Of a DNA stretch of 64,000 bases, positions 37,335-47,590 are shown piece by piece. The translations under genes and the position numbers were made by a program. Where the stretch lies: positions 124,001-188,000 of the forward strand of contig OZ025657.1 in the NCBI GenBank assembly GCA_964019335.1, read 5' to 3'. The stretch is from Diplonema japonicum. Lineage: Eukaryota > Protista > Euglenozoa: Diplonemea. The notes beneath the pieces are model-generated. The model did not search any database. It was not told the origin of the DNA and saw nothing but the letters and a program-made list of their open reading frames with translations. Each line of letters opens with the position of its first letter. Position 1 is the stretch's first letter.

Positions 37335-38244
37335 CCTAACAGAAAATGATTAAAGAGCGGAGGAGAGGGGAGGGGGGGGGGGGGGGGAAATGCGGGGGTG
37401 GGGGTTACAGCACAAAGTAGTATTACAAAAAAAGTTTTCTTCCCCCCCCCCCATTTTTGTTTTCATTTCTTTGGTTGTGAAATATTATACATTACATTTC
37501 TTTTTTCTTCTTTTCCCCATTTCTTTTCTTTTGCCATCTCTCTTTTTTTTTCTTTTCCCGTCTCTTTTTTTCTTTCTTATAAAATAACATCCAAATGATA
37601 TATATGTGTACTAACCTGAAACGAAGCTCAAACAGTATTCAAATATTCAGAATCAAACCATTGAGCTTTTTTTTTCTTTCTTCTTTTTTTTTTTTTTAAT
37701 TCCCTGTTAAATAATGGTATAGTTTCCCTTTCTTCAGCGCACGCAGTGCAATGTCAAAACTGATTCATTTCAAATGGTTCAAGGGCGTCGGAGATCGGTG
37801 TCTTGCTTTCTTGATCTTACATGTATTCTTCTCAGACCACTAGTTCCTTTTTTTCTTTCCCCCCCCCTTTTAAAATACAAAAACCCTCATCACACCCCCA
37901 ATAAAAAAAAGAACAGGCAAGTTATTCTTTCACACCCGGTACACAAAACGTGATATAAAGTTTTTTTTTTTTTTTTTTACAGTTCTTTTGTTCCGTATGA
38001 TATTGGTCGTCACTCGCCATTCTTTTTTTTCTCTTTTTTTTTTTGATTAACTACAGAAAGGAAAATTCTCTTTTGCTTTCAATATAAAATCATCGTCTCT
38101 GCTGCTTATTGCACCCATCGGTTTTTTAAGCTACGCACGAAAGAGGGCCGTAAAAAAAATAAAAAAAGAAGAAATATAAATAAGGAAATAGTTCGCTGTG
38201 GGTACCTAATAAAGGATATTTCAATCGAAGTACAGTAACATCAT

Positions 38245-38279
<35 letters not shown>

Positions 38280-38934
38280 ACCAACTCTTTTTTTTAAAAA
38301 GGAATATGTGAGGTGAAGGCTGTAGTTGAGGTGCTTTCCCCCACCTCGGTGTGAACACCTCTTTTTTAACAAGAAAATGCGGGTTGAAAAGGAAAAAAAA
38401 AAAAAAAAAAAAAGGGGAAAGGGGAAAAACCATAGAGAGAGAGCAAACAGAGAGGTGGAAAACAATAAATGATTCTGCAAAAGCTATTTACCTTTTTCTT
38501 GAAGCTTCTGTTACTCAGCAAGCATTTCGTTTTTTTTTTTTTTTTTTTTTTCCCTTTTCTTTTTTGTTCATCTTTTTCTCCTGACCATAGCCGTGCACAA
38601 CAAAGAAGCTTTATTCAAAAAGTCTTTTCTTTCAAAATAAAACCTATACACACAGAATCGCATCCCCCCCCTGCTCACAGGCCCAGTATCGCAGAATCAG
38701 GTTTGATCTGCGAAAAGGTTTTATTTTCTTTTTCGGAAACAAAAAAAAAAGAAAAAATATCTTCGGAATTGAAAAAGAGAAAAAAGGGGAGGAAATGGGC
38801 AACAGATATCATTTCGTTTTTTTTTTTTTTTTTTTTTTTTTTTCCTCTTTTTTTTCCCCCCCTCTTCTAAATCGGTTCTTTCATTTGCACGTCCACTCCC
38901 ACAGCGCATTTTTCTCTTCTCATTTTTTTCTTTT

Positions 38935-40425
38935 TCATTCTGAAAGGTCTCGTCCTTCAGCGGGCGATAGGCTGGCACCTCTTGCAGGCGGGCTGTAAAA
39001 AAAATGTCATTTCCCCAACAAAGTGTAAACACACCTAGAACCACACCAATGCCAAGAAGGATCATCAGGTGGGAGCCTTGCAAGAAGCTGCCTTAGAGCG
39101 AGCTCGTAAGAGGACAACTGGTGATCGGATAGAATGGTACTGGTGATCTGCAAAGAAAAAAATGTGAATTTAATATTGCTCCCCTCCCATCACACCTCGA
39201 AATGCCTCAGCAAGCTAAGTGTCCCGTCGCTCAAAGAGCCGCTGTAGGTGCCGGTGGAGTTCAGGTAGATGTACAACACTGAACCAGGCACATAGAGGGA
39301 AGGGGTGTCCAGCTGTACTGACGACTGAGCGTCTCGCAGTATAGTCAGAAGCTGTGGGCGGGTCTTGGAGGCACCGCCGGAGTACAGGCTAGACGCAACA
39401 CCCCCCACCAGCCCCGCCAGGAGCTTGATGGAGGGGAGCGTGGAACGTGGCACGGCATCTGACCGGTGCACGACGGAGGTGATGTACGACCTGCTCGACA
39501 AGGCGGTGAGCTTGTCCACGCACGCAGGCGGCGCCACACAGCACGCCTTCACGTTTTTGATGTTACATTCTTCTTTAAGTAGAACGGCGACCAACGCGCC
39601 GACCCCACTGCCCACCCCATGACCGACTATCGTGATCTGGTAGTTCTGCGGAACGAAGAGCTCCAGCAAGGTGCTCCGAAGGTTCGACACTATCGACTGC
39701 GCCATCTGCGCGATGTCCTTGTGAGCGGCTGCCTGGACCTCCGTGAGGAGGAAGGGCACGGGGGGGTGCTCCAGGGTGTCGAGGAAGTCGGTGTAGCAGG
39801 AAGAGTCGACGATGGAGAGGACGGCGAGACGGCGGGACGGCGAGAAGGCCACGAAGTACTCTGGGGTACTGTCTTTGGCGTGCAGCAGCAGCTCAAAGCC
39901 CCGTCCGTTCATCCTCTGCCGGAGGTCTATTGTTGACACGCCACTGGGGATGATGAACTCGGAGTAGAACTCCACCTCCTGTACAACACGTCGTGAGGGG
40001 ACTGCCCCACCCTCGTCATGCGCCGTCTGCCGGATGAGGTCAGGCGATGACTGCAAACGTGACCCAAGCTCCTCTGACAGAAACAATGCGGCCTCCTCCA
40101 TCAGGGGTGCGGCAGGGACCTTCTCCCCACGCTTCTCCACCTGTCGTGCCAGGCTCGGCCGGAATGTTGCAACAATCTCCTTCCACTTCGGGTCCTTGAC
40201 CCCTCGGGTCCTGTGCTGCAGCCACATCACCCCGCTTCCCACGCATATGAGCAACGCAAGCGCCACCGCCTCCCAACTGTACTCCCAGTCCTCCCCATCT
40301 GCCGACGGCGGTGTGTTTGGTGGGCTTGCCTTGTGACGGTACTTCTTAGTCCCTCCGTCCTCTTCCTTGTCCTTCCTTGGTTCCCCTGTGTACTCCTTAT
40401 GCTTCTCCTTCCCTACCTTACCCAT
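38935..40425 (-). CDS. Class 3 lipase-like (DAGL-like) membrane protein lacking the nucleophile Ser (3 exons)
   Basis: TM segment, then AHKDI, ITIVGHGVGSGVGAL, APPACV, SVVHRSDAVPR, LYVPG, ILSDH. Introns 39148-39195 and 38993-39034 (last exon tentative). Confidence 0.8.
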
Positions 40426-40553
40426 GTATCGTGTAGCAGTCACTTGTTAGAGAACTTGTTGAAGAGGGAGGGGAGGGAAAAAGAAGAAGAAAAGCCGGAA
40501 AACTAGACGGTAGAGAAAAGATAAGAGGGATATGGAGGACCTTGGGGTATGGC

Positions 40554-40584
<31 letters not shown>

Positions 40585-40801
40585 CATGAGCGAATTTTCC
40601 ACTGAATCCCAATGTTCGACATGTGGAATTTTTTTTGTAAGGAGGGAAAAAAAAGGGGGGGGGAAACTTCTTGCAAAAGAATTGCATTTTTTCTTTTTCT
40701 TTTTTTCTTTCTCCCTCCCCCTCCCTCCCTCTTTGTGGACACACTGGTGTTTGGAGGGGAAAAAAAAAAGAAAAAGAAAAAGAAAAAAAAAACCCCCCTC
40801 C

Positions 40802-41316
40802 TTAATTCTTACTCCGTGTGGCATGTTCAATTGTGTACATACGGGCAAGGTGCTTAAACCCCCGTTGGTCATCTGGAGATTTTTTTTTTTCCCCCCCACT
40901 CCTCCTGCCATACCAGCACGAAGCAAGTTACCAGCATCGCAATTCAGTGGGGAGTCGGCAGCAGGGTGGGACAACAACGTGCGGATGGCCTGGCACACTG
41001 AGGAAATTGTCCAAGCAGGGGACCAGCTGCTTTTGAGAATGTCTAGACAGATCTCGCCAGAGTCAAACTGCACATTTGGGTGAAATATTTTGGTCACGAA
41101 GGAAGCAGCCACAGGCACCATAGGATACTCTGGGGGCACATTTATGCTAACCTCAAACGTCCCTCCTACATATGGAGTGTCTTCAGGCCCTTCGATGAAC
41201 CCCGTCCATTTATGGATATCACTGAGATTCGGCACCAGCCTCACGGCCCCTCCGTCGTAGTACCCATCTTGCTTCTGGCATTGCTTCACTTCTCTTGAGA
41301 GCCTTGTCACTGACAT
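40802..41316 (-). CDS. PEX4: Ubiquitin-conjugating enzyme E2, PEX4-like (2 exons)
   Basis: GPEDTPYVGG, IFHPNV...GEICLDILKSSWSPAWT, DSPLNCDAGNLLRA. Intron 40873-40913 gives the C-terminus RGFKHLARMYT. E2 is certain; PEX4 subtype is probable. Confidence 0.85.
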
Positions 41317-43306
41317 TTCTTTTCTTTTTTGAACTTTCTTTTTCTTCGTTCCTGTATTGCTTAATAACATTTTCTTAAATGGGAGAGGGGGGGGGGAAGC
41401 ATAAACAAAACAAAACAGCAGCTGGATGAATGAGATAAAGAAAAAAAAGGGGGGGGGGGAAGGGAGAGAGTGGGAAAACTAAATACGGCTAGAGAAAAAG
41501 AGAAAAAAAAGAAGGGAAAAAAAAAAGGTTCGAGATAAAAATTAGAAAGAAAGATGGGAAAAGACAGAGAAACGAGAACGGGGGACAGACTTGCTTCGCT
41601 TTTTTCTTTCTTTTTTTTTTTTTTCTTCTTTCCATCGGAAAAGAAAAAGGGGATTCCTTTGCAATTGTGTAGCTACAGCTGGCTTAGAGAAAAACTAGGG
41701 GGGCAGGGGTGAAAGAAACTTACCTAATAGAACATAGCACCCTTTAAATTGATGGGAAAAAAGAAGAAGAAGATAAGGTTAATAATGGATGAAAGAGAGA
41801 ACTAAAGCACCCACAACTCCTTTGTTACTTGTAATATCACTTTTTCTTTTTTTTTTTAAACCATTCTGCCATAAATGACAACTTTCGCTATTTGCTTTTA
41901 TTTCTCTCTTAAAAGTTTCTCGACAGAAAAAAAAAGCTTAAAAATTCCGAAAGAAAGGAAAGAAGAAAAAAGAAAGGAACCTTCAAAAAAAAACGAAGAA
42001 AAAAACGGCTTTTTCTTTCTTTTTTTAATTTTCTCCCGGCTTTTTCCCATGGCCAGGGAGAGGGAGGAAGGTTTTTTTTTCTTTTTTTTTTTTTTAAATT
42101 TCCCTCGCTTTCTTCTTTTTCCCCCACACCGAAAAAAAAAAAAAAAAAAAAAAAAAAAAGGAGTGGGCGAAAACTAAAAATCCTACAAAAATGGGGAGTG
42201 TGTGGGAAAAAAAAAAGAATGTGTATGAATGACGAGAAAAAAAAGGGGGGTGAGGAAAATAAATAAAGAGGTATTTTGCAAATTGTTGCATCGCATATTG
42301 GAGATGATGAAAAAAAGCAAGTGTGGGGGGGGGGGGGGGGGGGAACATAAGTTCAATAGTAGTACGAAAAAGGGGATGAAGAGGGATTAAAACTGAAAGG
42401 CTACTGCTGTGACCCTGTCCCCACCCCCCCAGAAGTACATTTAAAAAAAAAAAACCTTTTTTGAACTAATGTTAAGGAGGGTCTGTTACCCCCATTGTGC
42501 TGCCGATAAAAACACCTATGTGAGAGGGCAAAAAAAAAAAATGCACAGTTCCCACCTTCACGATTCGTTTAGCAAGCATTTCTTCTTTTTTTGATTTTTG
42601 TTTTTTTTCTCAAACCTTCTTTAGCTGAACATCTGAGGCCATTGTGAAGGCGTTCTTCGGTTATGGGCAAGTGTTCAACAAGTGGAGAGGGTGACTTTAA
42701 AAAAAAAGTTTCTTTTTTCTTTGGGGGGGGGGGGGGAAATAAGTTACAAAACAATTCTGGGGACACCATCTTTTCTTTTTTTTATCTTATTTCTTCCTTT
42801 TTTTCTCTTTTTGGTTTCCTTCCCGCCTCGTAATCTGTACATGCCTTAGAGGCCCTTTGTGCTGGACATCTGGCGACGGCACGTTATTCTGACATACAAC
42901 AGGCCGCTAACACACGAAATGGGAAGGGGGGGAAAAAAAAAGAGAAGAAAAATCAATAGAAAAAAGACAAATAAAATAAAAAGAGGGATCGTTATGTAAA
43001 AAAAAAAAAAAAAAAAAAAGATTAGAGAAAAAAAAAAAGCTTTTTCATTTTCATTTTCATTTCCATTTCATTTCTTTTTTTTTTTTCCATTTACAAGACA
43101 AATATATAAAAAAAAAACAATTAATGGGACGGGGGAAATGGCGAGAGAGAGAGAGAGAGAGAAAGAGGGGTTTTATATTTCCCCCCCCCCCCTCTGGTTC
43201 TTTTCTTTTTAAATTATTCAGTTCTGTTCCTTTTAATTAAAAAAAAAAGAACCGATTTTTTTTTTTTTTTTTTTTTTTTTCCTCTATCAAAAATCAAAAA
43301 AATTTA

Positions 43307-44290
43307 TCACCCCTCCTGCGCAACCATTGCCAAGGAAGGAGGCTGGTAACTAGAGACGCGCTGGGGAGAAGACGGTTCATCTTCCTGAACAGGAGGGAGA
43401 GTCGCCATGTCATCTTCTTCACCCGACACAGGTGCCGCAAGGCCCCACCGATGGGCACCAAGCTCCATACCGTAATACTCCACAAAGGCTCCCTTCCAGT
43501 AAGGGTTCCCATCGGCAGGGTCGATCCTAAGCTCCTCCACACGCACGGGCGCTGATATCCAAGCCTCACCGTCCCAGTGTTGCCAGTCAGCCCAGTGAAG
43601 CTGATTCGGGGTTCGCCCCCGAGAGGGGGAACAACTGCTGACCAGCGCAATATTCTGTTCCGGGCCATCTGCGACATCCACCAAGGCCCATAACCCGTTT
43701 CGTGTGCAATACAGACGTTGCGGCCCTTCTGTCTCCCAAACTGTACTTCCATTGATACGCAGTCCTTTGTTGTAATAGGTACCTTCGACCTCCGGCTGAG
43801 ACGGGCACACAACCTCCAGCATCTTTGGTACCGTTAAGGATTGCTTCTTAGCTGCTTCCTCCGATTGAAGAAGCGGTTTCGTCATGGACCTTGGGAATGA
43901 TGAGTTTAGAAAGGGAATCTCGCCTGGGGGTTGTGTGAACGCCCTTGGCTTCACAGCGACTGCAGGTGTTGTTTTCGGTGTTCCCGGTAGCGACCTTGCT
44001 CCTGTGACCTCTATGGTGAAGCATCCGCCTTTAGCCTTCATCCTTTCTATGACTTCCAATAGTGCTTTGTCGTCGCCGGTGCGGACACCTGCAACGCTGT
44101 ATAGAACGTAGCCCGGTTCGATCCCACCTCTGCCTGCAGCGCCGCCTGGTGTTACGTCTGTGACCTTCGGTCCCCTCCTTCCTTTGAGGTAGCTGTACCG
44201 CAGCCCGATCTCCTCTCCAGGGTGGAGTACTACATTGACCTTCCTTCGGTTTTCCTCCAATGGGCTCTTCGGCAGTAACCGTTTTAACAT
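43307..44290 (-). CDS. PDZ-domain protein with C-terminal small modules
   Basis: EIGLRY...KVTDVTPGGAAGRGGIEPGYVLYSVAG (PDZ); GTYY..NG..VW..RLY..G.W module; ELRIDPADGNPY..F..YYG..W module. Confidence 0.75.
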   Translation of the reverse strand: MLKRLLPKSPLEENRRKVNVVLHPGEEIGLRYSYLKGRRGPKVTDVTPGGAAGRGGIEPGYVLYSVAGVRTGDDKALLEVIERMKAKGGCFTIEVTGARSLPGTPKTTPAVAVKPRAFTQPPGEIPFLNSSFPRSMTKPLLQSEEAAKKQSLTVPKMLEVVCPSQPEVEGTYYNKGLRINGSTVWETEGPQRLYCTRNGLWALVDVADGPEQNIALVSSCSPSRGRTPNQLHWADWQHWDGEAWISAPVRVEELRIDPADGNPYWKGAFVEYYGMELGAHRWGLAAPVSGEEDDMATLPPVQEDEPSSPQRVSSYQPPSLAMVAQEG

Positions 44291-44545
44291 TTTTTTTTTT
44301 TCTCTCTTCTTTTGGAAAGGGTGAAAGGGTTTGGTGGTAATATGAAGGAAAAAAAAAAAAAAGAGAAACCGTCATCGTGAAATATGTTATAGAAAAAAGG
44401 GCAAAAAAATTTTTTTCACAAAAAAAAAAAAAAAAAAAAGGAGGGAGCCAGGGCACGAAAAAAAAAAGTACGTAACGCCGACTTTCCTTTCTGTGTCCCG
44501 GACCCTAAGGGTGAGACGGGAAAGAATAGTAGTTTCAAAAAAGAT

Positions 44546-44597
<52 letters not shown>

Positions 44598-45873
44598 GAG
44601 GGGGGAAGAAAAAGATATGTAGAAAAAGCAAAATAACAACAACTTTTGCTCTTTTTTCTTTTGTTGATTGCTGAAAGAGAACCAGGAAACGGGTAAAGGA
44701 AAGGAAGAAAGCCAAGGAAAAAAACAAAAAAACCAAGTATTTGAACGGGCATAAAAATAAGAAAGACAACACACTACTTTATCCCCCCCCCCCCCCCCCC
44801 CGTCCTATCTGGGAAGAGGGCCTTTCCAGCGAGCAACTCTCGCTGTTCTTGTAGTACCATCCTACCACTGGAGGGAGAAAACTGTTTGATCTATTAGGGC
44901 CCTTTCTTGGTTTGTTTCTCTTCTTCTTCTCTTCCTCACTGCCACCAAAAGGTAGAAGTCAGACCATCTTGTCCTTGGGTCTTTCATTGATATTTTTTAG
45001 AATTGAATTGCTTGTGAGACAGACAGTGCTTTAGAAGGGTTAGGTACAAAACTTAAAAACATTTTGCTCCCTCAAAAAACCTATTTTAAGAAATTGACAA
45101 ATAAATAACCTTTTTTTCGCTTGCTCTCTCTTTCTTCTCATGGTCCTTTCTCATAGCCACCTCAAGGAACCTTTTTTGCCTTTTTGTCATGTATTGCAAG
45201 TCGATAGACCGAAAAGAAAAGGGAAAAAGTGATGTTGCTAAAAGCAATGTTGAAGACCCCTCAACTCATTTCTTTTTCCTTAAGTACTTCATGTTCTTTC
45301 CTGATGCTGACAAAAAAAAAAAAGTGCTCCTTTTTCCCCTCTTTTCTTTTGTATTCGAAAAAAAGAGGAGGGAAAAGGAGGACGAGGTTGCAAAAGATCA
45401 ATTCCTCAAAGTGGTGAGAAAATCGAATGAAAATCGATGAAAGGCGAAATAAAAAGGAAGAGAGGGAATGGGGGAAAAGTGGAGGGGGAAAGAAAAAAAG
45501 GAAATAATTTCTATTTTTTTCTTCTTCTTATTTCTTCGATTTTATTTCCCCTCCTTTTTTTGTATCACATGTTCGTTTTCTAAGCCCCAATAATGGCAGC
45601 CAAGCAAAAAAACTCAAAGTGCAGGACAAACCCCCCTCATAGAGGGCCGCTCTTGGGTGGGTGGGGGGGCTATCTATTTATACTCCCCAAAAAAAACATC
45701 AGCTCAAGAAGAAGAAAAAAAAAGAGGGCGGAGTGGAGTTTTGATTAAACGCCTCAAAGAAACGGAACGGTCTGTCCTCAGTGAAGTCTTATCAAACCCT
45801 CATCCTCCCTTCCCTTTCTTTTTTTTAAAAAAAAAAGACTCCACAATTGGGAAGAAAAAAACTATTCTTTTAA

Positions 45874-47337
45874 CCCTTATGCGGCCAACTACTCATATTT
45901 GAGTAGATAATAGGTGTAGTGTTCTCGGGTCCATTCAAACCAAAGTCTCGGACCGGTTTTCATGGAAAAAAGATGGAATGGAAAGATATTTAAAATCTGC
46001 ACTTATTACATTACAATTGGTATAGCAGTGTTCAGCCTTCCGCGAAATGAGAGAAGTGGGAATACACTGCTGTGGAACGGTCCGAAAAAACCGGAGGGAT
46101 CCACCCGACGTGAGTGCCATGGAAGCAGGTAGCATGACATATCAGAACAAGTCTGGTCTGGTCTACCTTGCTTGGTCGCAGACGAGACGTGCGCCTTTTA
46201 TCTACTTTACCTGTAGACGAAGCAACAGTCTCAAGAACACGTTTCGATAATCCCTCGGACGAAAGGCCACATACGAACGCCCGTATCTTGCTGATCTCTA
46301 TAATAGGCACATGGGGGGTGCCTGCGATGCGGGGCTTGCCAAATTCCGAAGAGAGGTTAAATCGAAACGGTGGTACACGAAAGTGTTTCATAACATGCTT
46401 GGTGTAACAATTATCAATGCGTGCATCCTAAGGAACAAAGAACACCCAACCCTTGAGTTGCGAAAAAAGGGTCCTCGCCTGTTCCGCCGAAACCTGGCTA
46501 GTCAACTAATATTTGGTACGGAAAGTGAGACCAGCAACCCCGAGCCAGAATCGGAGCCAGAATCAAAGCCAGAACCCGATCCAGAACCCAAGCCTTCGAG
46601 TGCAAACCGGGACAACTTGCCCAACGACGATCTGCGCTTAAGCAAACCTTGGATTGTTTGAAGCGTAGCTCAACCCGGTCAACCTGTAAAGTTCGCATCA
46701 ACCACAAGCAGACTAACTTTATATGTGAGACTTGCAATGTTCATATGTGTGCCGTCGAATGCCTCGACCGATTCCACTCTATGAGGAACTACCGGTTCAA
46801 GGACGACACCTCTATAGAGACCCGCTTACTCCCCCGACCAGTCGGAAGACCTCTCAGCAACGTTTTTGCATAATTTCCAGGAAATAGCAAATGGACCCCA
46901 GTTTGGGCAACGGTCTCGCGACATCTGATCCATGACCTCCATGGCTCGAAAGCACTAAATATATAGTGGAATGAACGCAGAATATTCAAGATCTTTGTTT
47001 TGAGATGTAAGATGTGACGGCCTGATGCAAATGTATAAGGACAGAGGCAGAATAGTCACAGGATAGGTCGATTTCTGGGTGCTGTTCAGACTGAAATCAC
47101 TGTTGTAGAGCCACTTACATATGACCCTCGAGCATTAGCTTCCTATGGGTCGAGACGACAAAATACTTAGTGGAATGAACGCAGATTTCAAATATCTTTC
47201 AAATGCGTACCTCGAATCAAGAAATAACCCCAAGCCTTCAGTATGTTCGATCCAAGACTTCAGTATGTTCGATCCATGCCAACAAGAGCCCAAAATCAAG
47301 AAAATCCAAAAATTAGACCCCCCCGGCCGCATAAGGG
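45874..47337 (+). mobile_element. Non-autonomous, internally deleted piggyBac-family DNA transposon (~1.46 kb)
   Basis: TTAA at 45870-45873 and 47338-47341; perfect 13-bp TIRs CCCTTATGCGGCC / GGCCGCATAAGGG; 19/20-bp subterminal inverted repeat 45981-46000 vs 47181-47200; transposase relic inside. Confidence 0.93.
46001..46873 (+). pseudogene. piggyBac transposase C-terminal remnant (frameshifted)
   Basis: YNWYSS (cf. DNWYTS), GIHCCGTVRKNR, YNRHMGG, SKRWYTKVFHNMLGVTIINA, Cys-rich CETCNVHMCAVEC..FH, spread over several reading frames. Confidence 0.88.
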
Positions 47338-47357
47338 TTAAGGTATACGTTTTTGCG

Positions 47358-47402
<45 letters not shown>

Positions 47403-47590
47403 AAAGTGCAGGACAAACCGACTCAAAAAAATCATACACCTTTCGGTAATAAAACAGGTGTGAGGGAAAAAAAAGAAAAGAAAACTCAAAGTGCAGGACA
47501 AACCCCGGCTGCCCTTGCAAAGAAAAGAAAAAGAACGCCTCACGCTCGGTACGATCTGAAAAAACACCTCACGCTCGGTGGGGAGTCCTT

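Noticed and set aside
37590-38245. Small multi-exon gene or snoRNA cluster in complex-sequence patches (similar patch at 44800-45440)
   Set aside because: No consistent spliced reading frame and no paired C/D or H/ACA boxes found by eye; left unannotated.
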